Shown: piece by piece, positions 40,146 to 50,259 of the stretch
How positions within the stretch are numbered: position 1 is the stretch's first letter
Layout: each line of letters starts with the position of its first letter
DNA from: an uncultured Alphaproteobacteria bacterium
GTDB lineage: Bacteria > Pseudomonadota > Alphaproteobacteria > Rhizobiales > Beijerinckiaceae
Direction: 5' to 3'
DNA: 64,000 nt
Assembly (NCBI GenBank): GCA_963767245.1
Contig: CAVYDG010000024.1
Span: 124,927-188,926 of the forward strand
Made by a program: the position numbers and the translations under genes
The notes under the pieces: generated by a model
What the model was told of the DNA's origin: nothing
The model's database searches: none
Seen by the model: the letters and a program-made list of their open reading frames with translations, nothing else

Positions 40146-40748
40146 TCAGCGACCTTCGGTTTCGGCGGCGCTGAGCGAGCGGGCGACCGCCGCCAGGGCT
40201 GCGGGATAGATCCGGTGCTCCTCCCTCAGAACGCGAGCAGCGAGCGCCTCGGCGTCGTCGCCGGGCAGAATCGGCACGCGGGCCTGGGCGATGATCGGTC
40301 CGGCGTCGAGTTCGGCGGTCACGAAATGGACCGTGCATCCGTGCTCGGCGAGACCCTCGCGAAGCGCGCGCTCATGGGTGTTGAGCCCGCGCAGGTTCGG
40401 CAGCAGCGACGGATGAACGTTGAGCATGCGGCCCTTCCACCGCTGGACGAAGGCCGGGCTCAATATGCGCATGAACCCGGCGAGGCAGACGATCTCGGCC
40501 CGCTCGGCGCGAAGCCGCGCCTCGAGCGCCGCCTCGAACGCGGCCTTCCCGGGGCAAGCTCGAAAGTCGATCGCCTCCGCCGCGACTCCCGCCTTGCGCG
40601 CGATCGAAAGACCAGGCGCGTCGGGCTCGTCCGACAGGACCGTCACGATCTCGGCTGCAAAGTCGGGCGATCGCGCAGCCTCGATAAGAGCGCTCATATT
40701 GGAGCCGCGCCCGGAGATGAGAACGACCGTCCGCGCCCGAGCGCTCAC
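40146..40748 (-). CDS. purN: Phosphoribosylglycinamide formyltransferase
   Basis: [25 protein letters not shown] and GCTVHFV...DAGPII. Confidence 0.96.
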   Translation of the reverse strand: MSARARTVVLISGRGSNMSALIEAARSPDFAAEIVTVLSDEPDAPGLSIARKAGVAAEAIDFRACPGKAAFEAALEARLRAERAEIVCLAGFMRILSPAFVQRWKGRMLNVHPSLLPNLRGLNTHERALREGLAEHGCTVHFVTAELDAGPIIAQARVPILPGDDAEALAARVLREEHRIYPAALAAVARSLSAAETEGR

Positions 40749-41809
40749 AACTTGAGCCTTCCGCGGGTGACAACGCGCCGGCCGGCTGCAGGAACGAGTT
40801 CCCCGATCAGGACCGGCGACAGGCCAGCGCCCGCGAGAGCCGCGCGCGCCTCTTCCTCGTCGTCGGCGGAAACGAACGCCGCCATTCCGAAACCGCAGTT
40901 GAAGGTTCGCAACATCTCCTCCTCATCGAGACTGCCGGCCGCTGCGAGCCAGGAAAAGACTGGGGGCGGCGCGAAGGCGTCCAGATCAAGCGAGACAGCG
41001 AGGCTGTCGTCGAGCACGCGCGGCAGGTTGTCCGGATAGCCCCCGCCGGTGATGTGGGCCAGCGCGTGAATGCCTCGCGTCCGCGCCAGCGCCTGAAGCA
41101 GCGGTCGCACATAAAGGCGCGTCGGCGTTAGCAAAGCCGTGGCGAGCGAGCGCGACGGGTCGAACGGCGCAGGCGCGTCCCATCCCAGGCCGGAACGCGA
41201 AACGATGCGCCGCACCAGCGAAAATCCATTCGAATGGACGCCAGACGAGGGCAGGCCATAGACCAGGTCGCCTGCCGTCAGTCCCGGCCGGGGCAGCAAG
41301 GTCCCGCGCTCCGCCGCTCCGACCGCGAAGCCGGCGATGTCGAAATCGCCAGCAGCGTAAACGCCGGGCATCTCCGCCGTCTCTCCGCCGATCAACGCGC
41401 AGCCGCACTCAGCGCACCCCTCGGCGACACCTTGCAGGACGGCCGACACGACGTCCTCGTCGAGCTTTCCGGCGGCGAAATAGTCCAAGAAAAACAGAGG
41501 CTCCGCGCCCTGGACGACAATGTCGTTGACGCACATCGCAACCAGGTCGATGCCGATCGTGTCATAGACGCCGCTCTCGGCGGCGATCTTCAACTTGGTG
41601 CCGACGCCGTCGTTCGCGGCAACCAGGATCGGATCGACAAAGCCCGCCGCGCGAAGATCGAACAGTCCGCCGAATCCGCCAAGCTCGGCGCTCGCCCCCG
41701 GGCGGCGGGTGGCCAGGGCCAACGGGCGTATCCGATCGACGATCCGGTTGCCTGTATCGATGTCAACTCCCGATTCGGCGTAACTTAGAGGCTTGCGGCT
41801 TTCGGACAT
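40745..41809 (-). CDS. purM: Phosphoribosylformylglycinamidine cyclo-ligase
   Basis: [30 protein letters not shown] and HITGGG. Confidence 0.97.
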   Translation of the reverse strand: MSESRKPLSYAESGVDIDTGNRIVDRIRPLALATRRPGASAELGGFGGLFDLRAAGFVDPILVAANDGVGTKLKIAAESGVYDTIGIDLVAMCVNDIVVQGAEPLFFLDYFAAGKLDEDVVSAVLQGVAEGCAECGCALIGGETAEMPGVYAAGDFDIAGFAVGAAERGTLLPRPGLTAGDLVYGLPSSGVHSNGFSLVRRIVSRSGLGWDAPAPFDPSRSLATALLTPTRLYVRPLLQALARTRGIHALAHITGGGYPDNLPRVLDDSLAVSLDLDAFAPPPVFSWLAAAGSLDEEEMLRTFNCGFGMAAFVSADDEEEARAALAGAGLSPVLIGELVPAAGRRVVTRGRLKL

Positions 41810-41992
41810 CGGGGCTCCGCAGGAGTTCGGGCGCGATCGGCGTAATTGCCCGCTGCGAAACGCGCAAGGGCGGCAGTTCGGGCGTAGTTTCCCAACCCAA
41901 GGCGATTTGTGTTAGCCTTTACGTCGTCATCCGCGTGAGTGGCGACGTCCTGGGAGGAGATGCTTGGGCGGTGACGCCAGGGGCGTCAATAC

Positions 41993-42547
41993 TTGATGAA
42001 TATTGGCCAAGTTCTCAGCAATTTACCCAATCTGGTCACACTGGCGCGAATGCTGATGACGCCTTTGGCCGTAATGATGATCATTTCGCAGCGATTCCTT
42101 CCGGCGTTTTTGATTTTTATCCTCGCCGGCGTCTCGGACGCGATCGACGGCTTTATCGCCAAAAATTTCGATCTCCGCACCGAGTTGGGCGCTTACCTTG
42201 ATCCCCTGGCCGATAAAGCGCTGTTGATCTCCATCTATGTTTCGCTCGCGATTTATGCCGATTTGCCGGCCTGGATCGCCGTCACGGTCGTATCGCGGGA
42301 CGTGATGATTCTCTTCGCCGTTTTGGTCTCCTGGCTGCTCGACAAACCGGTCGAAATTCGCCCCGTCTGGGTGTCGAAGTTCAACACGGTCGCGCAGATC
42401 GCGCTCGCGGGCTTCGCGCTTGGAGTTCGCGCCTACGGCCTCGATGCTCAGCCCGTGCAGACCTGCCTTGAGTGGGCGGTCGCCGGGACAACCGTGGCCT
42501 CGGGCGGCGTCTATATTGCCCAGTGGCTGAACCACATGAGCCGTTAG
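41993..42547 (+). CDS. CDP-alcohol phosphatidyltransferase (PgsA-like)
   Basis: NLPNLVT and SDAIDGFIAK...GAYLDPLADK. Confidence 0.9.
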   Translation: MMNIGQVLSNLPNLVTLARMLMTPLAVMMIISQRFLPAFLIFILAGVSDAIDGFIAKNFDLRTELGAYLDPLADKALLISIYVSLAIYADLPAWIAVTVVSRDVMILFAVLVSWLLDKPVEIRPVWVSKFNTVAQIALAGFALGVRAYGLDAQPVQTCLEWAVAGTTVASGGVYIAQWLNHMSR

Positions 42548-42555
42548 GCGCCGCT

Positions 42556-42966
42556 ATGCTCCAGCGCGTTGCCGCCGTCACCGTTCTGGTCCCTAGCTAC
42601 GACGAGGGCCTCGCCTTCTTCCGCGACGCCCTCGGTTTCGCAGTTCTCGAAGACACGCCACTCAGTTCCGACAAACGCTGGATCGTAGTCGCCGGATCGC
42701 AATCCGCAGCGGCGGCGCTCGTGCTTGCAGTTCCCAGTGACGAGCGCCAGAGGGCTCGCCTCGGCGACCAGACCGGGGGGCGGGTCGGCTTTTTCCTTCA
42801 CACCGCGGACTTTTGGGGCGATTACAAAACCATGCGCGCTCGCGGGGTCAGATTCCTTGAAACGCCGCGCCGCGAGCCGTATGGGCTGGTCGCAGTGTTC
42901 CTCGATCCCTGGGGCGGCAAATGGGACCTGCTGCAGCCAGCTGGCAGACCCGGTGAAATCCGATGA
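42556..42966 (+). CDS. VOC/glyoxalase-family protein
   Basis: YDEGLAFFRDALGF, GDQTGGRV and PRREPYGLVAVFLDPWGGKWDL. Confidence 0.85.
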   Translation: MLQRVAAVTVLVPSYDEGLAFFRDALGFAVLEDTPLSSDKRWIVVAGSQSAAAALVLAVPSDERQRARLGDQTGGRVGFFLHTADFWGDYKTMRARGVRFLETPRREPYGLVAVFLDPWGGKWDLLQPAGRPGEIR

Positions 42967-44072
42967 GGGTGGAGCGCCAGGTTCTGTTCTGGGCCGCCGC
43001 AATTGCGGCAGTCTTGTACGTCGTGTATTTGCTCGGGTCGACAATAACGCCTTTCGCGGCCGGCATCGTGCTCGGCTACCTTCTCGACCCCGTCGTAATC
43101 AAGCTTCAGAGGTTCGGATTCAACCGTCTGGGCGCGTCGCTCTTCATTCTGATCGCTTTCGCCCTGGGCATGGTGATTGTCCTCATTCTCGTCGCTCCGG
43201 TTTTGAGCAATCAATTCATAGATTTTTCCCAACGCCTGCCGGACTACGCGGTGCGTCTCCAGGCCCACGCCGTGGAGGAGGGCAACGCCCTCATTGCGAA
43301 ATACGGCGGCGGCTGGCTGCGCGCCTTGGGCCTCAGCCAACAGCTGTCGAGCGCGCAAATTCAGAGCTCGATTAGCAATTTTGTCACCCAGGGCGCACAG
43401 TGGCTTCTCAATGCCATCAGATCGCTCGTCTCCGGCGGCGCGGCGGTATTCAGTTTCTTGTCGTTGCTGATCATCACGCCTGTCGTCGCCTTCTATATTC
43501 TGATCGACTGGCATCGCATGATCTCGGAAATCGACAGCTGGCTCCCGCTCGACTACCGAGACAGTCTGCGAAAAATCGCTGCGGAGATAAATCACGCTTT
43601 CGCGGGTTTCATCAGGGGCCAGTCGATCGTCTGCCTGTTCCTGGGGATCTGGTACGGCGTCGGATTGACGCTAATCGGCCTGGATTTTGGATTCCTGATC
43701 GGCGTGTTGGGCGGCCTTCTGAGTTTCGTGCCCTACGTGGGATCGCTGACCGCGCTCGTCCTCTCGCTCGGAGTCGCGCTTGTTCAGGGCTGGCCAAGTC
43801 TGAAGCTCTTCTTCATGGCGCTCGCCGTTGTCGGGGTCGGTCAATTTCTCGAGGGAAACGTGCTGTCGCCGAAGCTTGTCGGATCATCGGTCGGACTTCA
43901 CCCGGTCTGGCTGATGTTCGCGCTGTTGGCCTTTGGCCAATTGTTCGGATTTCTCGGGCTCCTGATCGCCGTTCCAATGGCTGCTGCAATCGGCGTCGTG
44001 GCCCGCCATCTGATCGCGGTCTACCTGAGGAGTCCACTTTATCGAGGCCGCTCGGCGTCGGACAGCCGATGA
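42963..44072 (+). CDS. AI-2E (PerM-like) family transporter
   Basis: Multiple TM helices; GFIRGQ, FVPYVG and PKLVGSSVGLHP. Confidence 0.9.
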   Translation: MRVERQVLFWAAAIAAVLYVVYLLGSTITPFAAGIVLGYLLDPVVIKLQRFGFNRLGASLFILIAFALGMVIVLILVAPVLSNQFIDFSQRLPDYAVRLQAHAVEEGNALIAKYGGGWLRALGLSQQLSSAQIQSSISNFVTQGAQWLLNAIRSLVSGGAAVFSFLSLLIITPVVAFYILIDWHRMISEIDSWLPLDYRDSLRKIAAEINHAFAGFIRGQSIVCLFLGIWYGVGLTLIGLDFGFLIGVLGGLLSFVPYVGSLTALVLSLGVALVQGWPSLKLFFMALAVVGVGQFLEGNVLSPKLVGSSVGLHPVWLMFALLAFGQLFGFLGLLIAVPMAAAIGVVARHLIAVYLRSPLYRGRSASDSR

Positions 44073-44761
44073 TTTCTCCCCCTCGCCAGCTGACTTTTCG
44101 CTGGCAGCATTCGCCGAGCTTCGCGCGCGAAGATTTTCTCCCCGCGCCGTCGAACCGCGAAGCTTTGGGCGCGATTGAGCTTTGGCCAAGCTGGGCGGGT
44201 CGAATGTTGACCCTTGTCGGGCCGGAAGGCGCCGGAAAGAGCCATCTTGGAGCGATCTGGGCCGGAGCCTCCGGCGCGATCACGCTGCTTGGGGAGGCTC
44301 TGAACAATGAGAGCGTCGAGGCCTGCGGTCGCGCGCATGCGGTGTTGATCGAGGACGCAGACCGCGCCGCGCGATCGGAGGCGTTGTTTTTTCACCTCAT
44401 GAATATGGCGCTCCAAAACGACGTGTGGCTGCTGCTGACCTGTCGCGCCGCGCCGGACGCGTGGGGACTGCACACTCCCGACCTGTTGTCACGACTTCGA
44501 TTGGCCCCCATAGTGCGGCTTGCCGCCCCGGATACCGAATTGACCGAAGCGGTTCTCTTCAAGTTGTTCAGCGATCGCCAGCTTCAGGTCGAGCCCCATG
44601 TGATCGGCTACATTGCGCTGAGAATCGAACGTTCGCTTGGCGCCGCGCGGGAGATTGTCGCCACGCTCGACAATGAAGCCTTGACGCAAGGTCGCCGGGT
44701 AACCCGCGCCATGGCCAGCGACGCGTTGCGCGAGATGGCCGCGAAGAGCGAAGCGCCATAG
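44069..44761 (+). CDS. hdaA: DnaA regulatory inactivator HdaA/Hda-like
   Basis: RQLTF clamp-binding motif, GPEGAGKSHL and PDLLSRL; usual purM-pgsA-AI-2E-hdaA neighbourhood. Confidence 0.85.
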   Translation: MISPPRQLTFRWQHSPSFAREDFLPAPSNREALGAIELWPSWAGRMLTLVGPEGAGKSHLGAIWAGASGAITLLGEALNNESVEACGRAHAVLIEDADRAARSEALFFHLMNMALQNDVWLLLTCRAAPDAWGLHTPDLLSRLRLAPIVRLAAPDTELTEAVLFKLFSDRQLQVEPHVIGYIALRIERSLGAAREIVATLDNEALTQGRRVTRAMASDALREMAAKSEAP

Positions 44762-44865
44762 CCGGGCCACAAATTCATGGTTTAGTTTTTGCTAATTCGC
44801 GCTGTCCGCGCGGGAGATGCGTGGACGTGGGCGGCGAAATTCAAGCGAGAATCGCGGAGGAGACC

Positions 44866-45129
44866 ATGCGGAAGTCCCTCATTCTCTTTCTCATAGGAAT
44901 CGGAGGCGGCGCGAGCTACGCGGCGGGAGTGACCGAGGTGGCGACCGGCCCTGGTATGGACGACCCGTCCACCTGGCGTTGGCAGGTGGCTTCCATTCTC
45001 GCCGAGCAGGGCGATACGACCGCTCGGCGGGTCGAGACTGTCGGCGTACTCGACGCCGACGCATTCAACCAACGCTACGAGCGCTATACGCCATTGGGCC
45101 TGCCGCAAGCGCGGGGTAGTTCGCCCTAG
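44866..45129 (+). CDS. Small secreted hypothetical protein (87 aa)
   Basis: GGAGGAG RBS; MRKSLILFLIGIGGGASYAA signal-like N-terminus. Confidence 0.55.
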   Translation: MRKSLILFLIGIGGGASYAAGVTEVATGPGMDDPSTWRWQVASILAEQGDTTARRVETVGVLDADAFNQRYERYTPLGLPQARGSSP

Positions 45130-45212
45130 ACGCGCATCGTCGCACGAGGTTCGTTTCGGCAGCGTTTGACCAATGGGTCGGTCACCTCGATTTACCTCGC
45201 GTTCGCCAGTCT

Positions 45213-45764
45213 TCAGCGAGGCGCATCGAGAGCCCCGATGTTTTCCGCGCGCGCCCATATGAGGTCGAAGTTGGTTTCGAAAGCATCGACGACCGCTTGA
45301 TCGGTAATCAGGATAAGATCGTTGTCCTGGCTGGAGAGCCCGGAGCGGGAGAAGTTGCCTGAACCCGTCCTCAACACCTCCGCGTCGACCGCGTACGCTT
45401 TCAAGTGCATCAAGACACCCTCGCCCTTGACCCGTGCGAGGACATTGGGATGGGCGAGCAGTGCTTCGACCAGCCCCCCTCGCATAGGTCCGTGCGCAGC
45501 GAATTGAGACTTGTCGAGATAGAGGCGGATGACCACGTCGCGTTCTGCGGCGTCGGTCAACGCCTCGATGATTTGCGGGTCGGAGAGGACATAGGCCGCC
45601 ATGTCGATCGACAGTTCGGCTCGACCGATCTCCTGAACGTCGACCTGCTCGAGATTTTCTCGCGGAGCATAGTGGATCTCGAGCCGGGTTTCGTTCTGGG
45701 CCCACGTTGTGATCGGCAAGATCAATCCCGCGATGCAAACTGTTAGTGTGAAGCGGGTCGACAT
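45213..45764 (-). CDS. Single-HKD phospholipase D-family (Nuc-like) nuclease with signal peptide
   Basis: 3' end of track ORF 45213..47243: SIDMAAY, MHLKAYAVD (HxKx4D) and TGSGNFS. Confidence 0.85.
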   Translation of the reverse strand: MSTRFTLTVCIAGLILPITTWAQNETRLEIHYAPRENLEQVDVQEIGRAELSIDMAAYVLSDPQIIEALTDAAERDVVIRLYLDKSQFAAHGPMRGGLVEALLAHPNVLARVKGEGVLMHLKAYAVDAEVLRTGSGNFSRSGLSSQDNDLILITDQAVVDAFETNFDLIWARAENIGALDAPR

Positions 45765-45884
45765 TGGCCATCTTGCGAGCGTTGCTGGATACAACTTATA
45801 GTTGTTATGAGTTGCAAAGGCAAGAGAGGCCGCGATATTGCCATTCGCGGGCGCTTTGTCGGATGATGCGTCCTTGGAGAGCCG

Positions 45885-47972
45885 ATGAACGCGGTTGCCG
45901 AAGTCACTACACGTCACTCTGTCTGTCCGCACGACTGCCCTTCGGTATGCGCTCTCGACGTCGAGGTTATCGGCGGAAAGCGCATCGGCCGCATCCATGG
46001 CGCGCGCGATCAGACCTATACGTCCGGGGTCGTCTGCGCCAAAGTCGCTCGCTATTGGGAGCGCATCCATCATCCGGATCGGCTCACGCAGCCGTTTCGC
46101 CGCGTCGGTCCGAAGGGAAGCGGGCAATTCGCGCCGATCGGTTGGGACGAGGCGCTCGACCGCGTCGCGGAGAATTTCCTGGCGGTCGAGCGCGAGCTTG
46201 GGCCCGAAGGCGTATGGCCGTACTTCTACGCCGGTACGATGGGTCTCGTGATGCGCGACGGAATCGAGCGCCTCACGCACACGAAGCGCTATTCCCGCTT
46301 CCATGGAACGATCTGCGTGGGCATCGCCTGGCCCGGATATGTCGCCGGAACCGGCCGGCTGGTCGGCGTCGATCCGCGGGAAATGGCGAAGTCGGATTGC
46401 GTCGTCATCTGGGGCACCAACGCAGTCGCCACCCAAGTCAACGTGATGACCCACGCCATACGCGCGCGCAAGGAACGCGGCGCGAAGATTGTCGCGATCG
46501 ACATCTATGAAACGGAAACTATGCGCCAGGCCGATCTCGCATTGCGCCTCAGGCCCGGAACTGACGGAGCCTTGGCTTGCGCTGTCATGCACGTCCTTTT
46601 TCGCGACCGCCTCGCCGACTGGGACTATCTTGAACGATACACCGACGCGCCCCGTGAACTCGAGGCGCACGTGCAGAGTCGCGAGCCGGCGTGGGCGGCC
46701 GCGATCACCGGCCTCGGCGCCGACCAAATCGAGGAATTCGCGGCGCTGATCGGGCGCTCGAAACGAACCTTCTTCCGCCTCGGCTACGGCTTCTCGCGCC
46801 AGCGCAACGGCGCGACGAATATGCACGCGGCCCTGTGTATTCCAGCCGTTACTGGCGCCTGGGCCCACGAGGGAGGCGGCGCCTTCCACAGCAATAGTGG
46901 CGTGTACAAGCTGCAAAAGACGATGATCGAGGGGCTCGACGTCCGCGACACGAGCGTTCGTCGTCTCGACCAGTCGCGGGTGGGCTCGATCCTCACCGGC
47001 GACGCCGAGGCGCTGAAAGGCGGGCCGCCCGTGCGCGCCATGCTCATTCAGAACACGAACCCGCTCTCCGTCGCGCCGCATCAGGAGAAAGTGCGCCGCG
47101 GTTTTTCGCGTGATGATCTGTTCACCTGCGTCCACGAGCAGTTCATGACCGACACGGCGCGCTACGCCGACATCGTCCTGCCCGCCACGATGTTTCTGGA
47201 GCACGACGACATCTACACGGCCGGGGGCCATCAGCACCTGCAATTCGCGCCCAAGGTCATCGATCCGCCCGAGGGCTGCCGCTCAAATCACGACGTGATC
47301 ACCGCGCTCGCAGGACGCGTCGGCGCCGAACATCCGGCGTTTTCGATGTCGCCGCGCGAGATCATTGATTGGACCTTGCGCGAATCCGGTTACGGCGATC
47401 TCGCGACGCTCGAAACCGATCGTTGGCTCGACCTCCAGCCGCCTTTCGAAGAATCGCACTTCCTCCATGGCTTTGGCTTTGCGGACGGAAAGTTTCGGTT
47501 CAAGGCAGACTGGACGGACACGCCGGTAGCCAATGACGGGATGCGCGGGCGCTGGCGCGAGATGCCGAGTTTGCCGGACCACTGGCCGATAAACGAGGAT
47601 ACCGACAAGGAGCGCCCATTCAAGCTCGCGACCTCGCCGGCGCGAAATTTCTTGAATTCGAGCTTCACCGAGACTCCAACCTCGCGTTCGCGCGAACAGC
47701 GACCCGAGGTCCTGATGAACCCGTCGGATGCGTCCCGCCTGGGGCTCGCGCAAGGCGACGTCGTGCAACTCGGCAACGAGCGCGGCCGAACCCGACTGCA
47801 TGTGAGGATATTTGGAGGCGTGAACGAGGGAATCCTTGTCAGCGAAGGCGTTTGGCCCGCTTCGACATTTCTCGACGGGTGGGGAATCAACACGCTTGTC
47901 GGCGATGACAGCGTCGCTCCGCATGGCGGCGTGGCGTTTCACGACGTCAGCGTATGGGCGCGCCGAGCGTGA
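45885..47972 (+). CDS. Molybdopterin oxidoreductase (DMSO-reductase superfamily, substrate unknown)
   Basis: CPHDCPSVC...VCAKV [4Fe-4S] motif, VIWGTN, DIVLPATMFLE and C-terminal molybdopterin-dinucleotide-binding domain. Confidence 0.9.
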   Translation: MNAVAEVTTRHSVCPHDCPSVCALDVEVIGGKRIGRIHGARDQTYTSGVVCAKVARYWERIHHPDRLTQPFRRVGPKGSGQFAPIGWDEALDRVAENFLAVERELGPEGVWPYFYAGTMGLVMRDGIERLTHTKRYSRFHGTICVGIAWPGYVAGTGRLVGVDPREMAKSDCVVIWGTNAVATQVNVMTHAIRARKERGAKIVAIDIYETETMRQADLALRLRPGTDGALACAVMHVLFRDRLADWDYLERYTDAPRELEAHVQSREPAWAAAITGLGADQIEEFAALIGRSKRTFFRLGYGFSRQRNGATNMHAALCIPAVTGAWAHEGGGAFHSNSGVYKLQKTMIEGLDVRDTSVRRLDQSRVGSILTGDAEALKGGPPVRAMLIQNTNPLSVAPHQEKVRRGFSRDDLFTCVHEQFMTDTARYADIVLPATMFLEHDDIYTAGGHQHLQFAPKVIDPPEGCRSNHDVITALAGRVGAEHPAFSMSPREIIDWTLRESGYGDLATLETDRWLDLQPPFEESHFLHGFGFADGKFRFKADWTDTPVANDGMRGRWREMPSLPDHWPINEDTDKERPFKLATSPARNFLNSSFTETPTSRSREQRPEVLMNPSDASRLGLAQGDVVQLGNERGRTRLHVRIFGGVNEGILVSEGVWPASTFLDGWGINTLVGDDSVAPHGGVAFHDVSVWARRA

Positions 47973-48071
47973 ACCGCAGCGCCCTATCGCACTTTCTTTG
48001 CCAGGGTTGGCGCGATATGCGAAATCCCAATTGTTGACGAGCACATCCCTTCCCCGCGCGAGCGAAACGAA

Positions 48072-48572
48072 ATGAAAAAGCCGTCCGGCACGCAATCCGA
48101 CGGGTCTGCGCAAAGCCTTGTCGACATCGCTGCGATCGAGCGGCTCGCAAAGATCGTGGCGCAATACGATCTTAACGAGGTTGAAATCAGCCTCGGAGAG
48201 CTGCGAGTTCGCATGGCTCGTCAGCGATCGCCCTCGGCTCAGGCGATCACGGCGGAGCCTGAAGCGGCGCGGATGATCGTCAATCCTGACCAGGGGTCGG
48301 TCGTTCTCCCGATCGCGCAGCCGCCGACCCTGGATCTCGCGGGCGCGGTGAAATCGCCGATGGTCGGCACAGCCTATCTGCGGGCGAGTCCGGAAGCCAA
48401 ACCGTTCGTGGAGCTTGGATCGGTGGTGAAGATCGGAGACAAGCTTCTGCTGGTCGAAGCCATGAAGACCTTCAATGACATTGTCGCCTCCCGGGCGGGC
48501 AAGGTTGTCAGCATCCTGGTCGCCGACGGCGCGCCGGTCGAGTACGACCAGCCGTTGATGATCATCGAATGA
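48072..48572 (+). CDS. accB: Acetyl-CoA carboxylase biotin carboxyl carrier protein
   Basis: VKSPMVGT and VEAMKTFN. Confidence 0.95.
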   Translation: MKKPSGTQSDGSAQSLVDIAAIERLAKIVAQYDLNEVEISLGELRVRMARQRSPSAQAITAEPEAARMIVNPDQGSVVLPIAQPPTLDLAGAVKSPMVGTAYLRASPEAKPFVELGSVVKIGDKLLLVEAMKTFNDIVASRAGKVVSILVADGAPVEYDQPLMIIE

Positions 48573-48626
48573 CCGCCAATCGGGGGTGCGTGGCGGTCGT
48601 TGCCGGTGATCGGGGAAATTGCCTCG

Positions 48627-49997
48627 ATGTTCGATAAAATCTTGATCGCCAACCGGGGCGAAATAGCGCTGCGCGTGATGCGCGCCGCCAAGGAGCTCGG
48701 CATCGCCACCGTCGCGGTCTATTCGACGGCCGATCGAGATGCGATGCACGTCAAGCTCGCCGATGAGAGCGTTTGCATCGGGCCGCCGCCCGCACGCGAT
48801 AGCTACCTCAACATCCCCGCCATCGTCGCGGCGTGCGAGATCACCGGCGCAGACGCCGTTCACCCAGGCTATGGGTTCCTGGCCGAAAACGCGCGTTTCG
48901 CGGATATTCTCGAGGAGCACGAAATCGCTTTCATCGGTCCAAGGGCCGAACACATTCGGATCATGGGGGACAAGATCGAGGCCAAGCGCACCGCTGCGCG
49001 TCTCGGTATCCCGTGCGTTCCGGGATCCGAAGGCAGCGTACGGAACGAAGCAGAAGCGCGGCGGATCGCCGCGGAGATCGGCTACCCGGTCATCGTCAAG
49101 GCCGGGGCCGGCGGGGGCGGTCGCGGGATGAAAGTCGCGCGCGAGCCGGATGAACTTGCCGACGCAATCGCCTCCGCCAAGATTGAGGCCAAGACCGCCT
49201 TCGGCGACGACGCAGTCTATCTCGAAAAATATCTCGCCAAGCCGCGCCACATCGAAGTCCAGGTGCTCGGCGACACCCAGGGACATGCCATTCACCTCGG
49301 AGAGCGCGACTGCTCCCTGCAGCGCCGCCACCAGAAAGTGTGGGAGGAAGGTCCCTCCCCTGCCTTGAACGCCGAACAGCGCGACAGCCTCGGCGGAATC
49401 GTCGCCAAGGCGATGGCCGCATTGGGCTACGTTGGCGCCGGCACGGTCGAGTTCCTCTACGAGGACGGAAAGTTCTTCTTCATCGAGATGAACACCCGCG
49501 TGCAGGTCGAGCACCCAGTCACGGAGATGATCACCGGGATCGACATTATCAACGAGCAGATCAAGATCGCGGCCGGCTCCCCGCTTTCCCTCGCGCAGGA
49601 CGATGTTCGATTCCTTGGCGCCGCAATCGAATGCCGGATCAACGCTGAGCATCCCCGCACGTTCGTTCCCTCACCAGGTCGAATTACGTATTTTCATCCC
49701 CCCGGCGGTCTCGGCATTCGCGTCGATTCGGCGGCCTATCAGGGTTATGTGATTTCCCCCTATTATGATTCGCTGGTCGGCAAGCTCATCGTGCATGGAC
49801 GAACGCGAACCGAAGCCCTGATGCGGCTACGTCGCGCCCTCGACGAATTCATCGTCGACGGGATCGAGACGACGCTGCCTCTTTTCCGCTCCCTGGTCCG
49901 AAACTCCGACGTTCAGAACGGCCAATATGACATCCACTGGCTCGAGGGTTTCCTTAAGGCCGAAGCCGAGGGCGAGGCGCCCAAACCCGTCGCGTGA
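48627..49997 (+). CDS. accC: Acetyl-CoA carboxylase biotin carboxylase
   Basis: KILIANRGEIA, HPGYGFLAEN, GGGGRGM, RDCSLQRRHQK and EMNTRVQVEH. Confidence 0.97.
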   Translation: MFDKILIANRGEIALRVMRAAKELGIATVAVYSTADRDAMHVKLADESVCIGPPPARDSYLNIPAIVAACEITGADAVHPGYGFLAENARFADILEEHEIAFIGPRAEHIRIMGDKIEAKRTAARLGIPCVPGSEGSVRNEAEARRIAAEIGYPVIVKAGAGGGGRGMKVAREPDELADAIASAKIEAKTAFGDDAVYLEKYLAKPRHIEVQVLGDTQGHAIHLGERDCSLQRRHQKVWEEGPSPALNAEQRDSLGGIVAKAMAALGYVGAGTVEFLYEDGKFFFIEMNTRVQVEHPVTEMITGIDIINEQIKIAAGSPLSLAQDDVRFLGAAIECRINAEHPRTFVPSPGRITYFHPPGGLGIRVDSAAYQGYVISPYYDSLVGKLIVHGRTRTEALMRLRRALDEFIVDGIETTLPLFRSLVRNSDVQNGQYDIHWLEGFLKAEAEGEAPKPVA

Positions 49998-50011
49998 CGT
50001 TCGCGCTCCGC

Positions 50012-50112
50012 GGCCAAATAGCTCCAAGCGAAACCAAGCAAAACTGCTTGGTCTTATTCGTCCGAATCGAGGCTTTTCAGCCGTCACCGGCGAAACCAGA
50101 AAAAAAATCCCG
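50012..50112 (-). repeat. GANTC-containing intergenic repeat, copy 2 (uninterrupted)
   Basis: Reverse complement of 50046-50079 is TGAAAAGCCTCGATTCGGACGA-ATAAGA-CCAAGC; copy 1 after IS removal is TGAAAAGTCTCGATTCGGACGA-GAGAAT-CCAAGC. Boundaries approximate. Confidence 0.7.
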
Positions 50113-50259
50113 ACCCCTTTTCTTTCATTTGCGAGCGGCGTCCCGCCAAGCCGGGTTCGAGCCGAGCCATGGGTAAGGTTTTAGCACGGATTGCCGCTCC
50201 GGTCCCCGTCCGACGATAGCGCCGCGCGGCGCTCGCCGGGCCGGCAGGATCCGGCCGTC

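Noticed and set aside
45765-47243. Long 5' extension of track ORF 45213..47243
   Set aside because: Antisense shadow of the Mo-oxidoreductase; only 45213..45764 has a signal peptide and PLD motifs.
47283-49652. 789-aa minus-strand ORF, and similar long antisense ORFs (e.g. 34397..36283, 7040..8497, 26182..27495, 55485..56843)
   Set aside because: Shadow frames opposite well-supported genes, typical of high-GC codon bias; no recognisable motifs.
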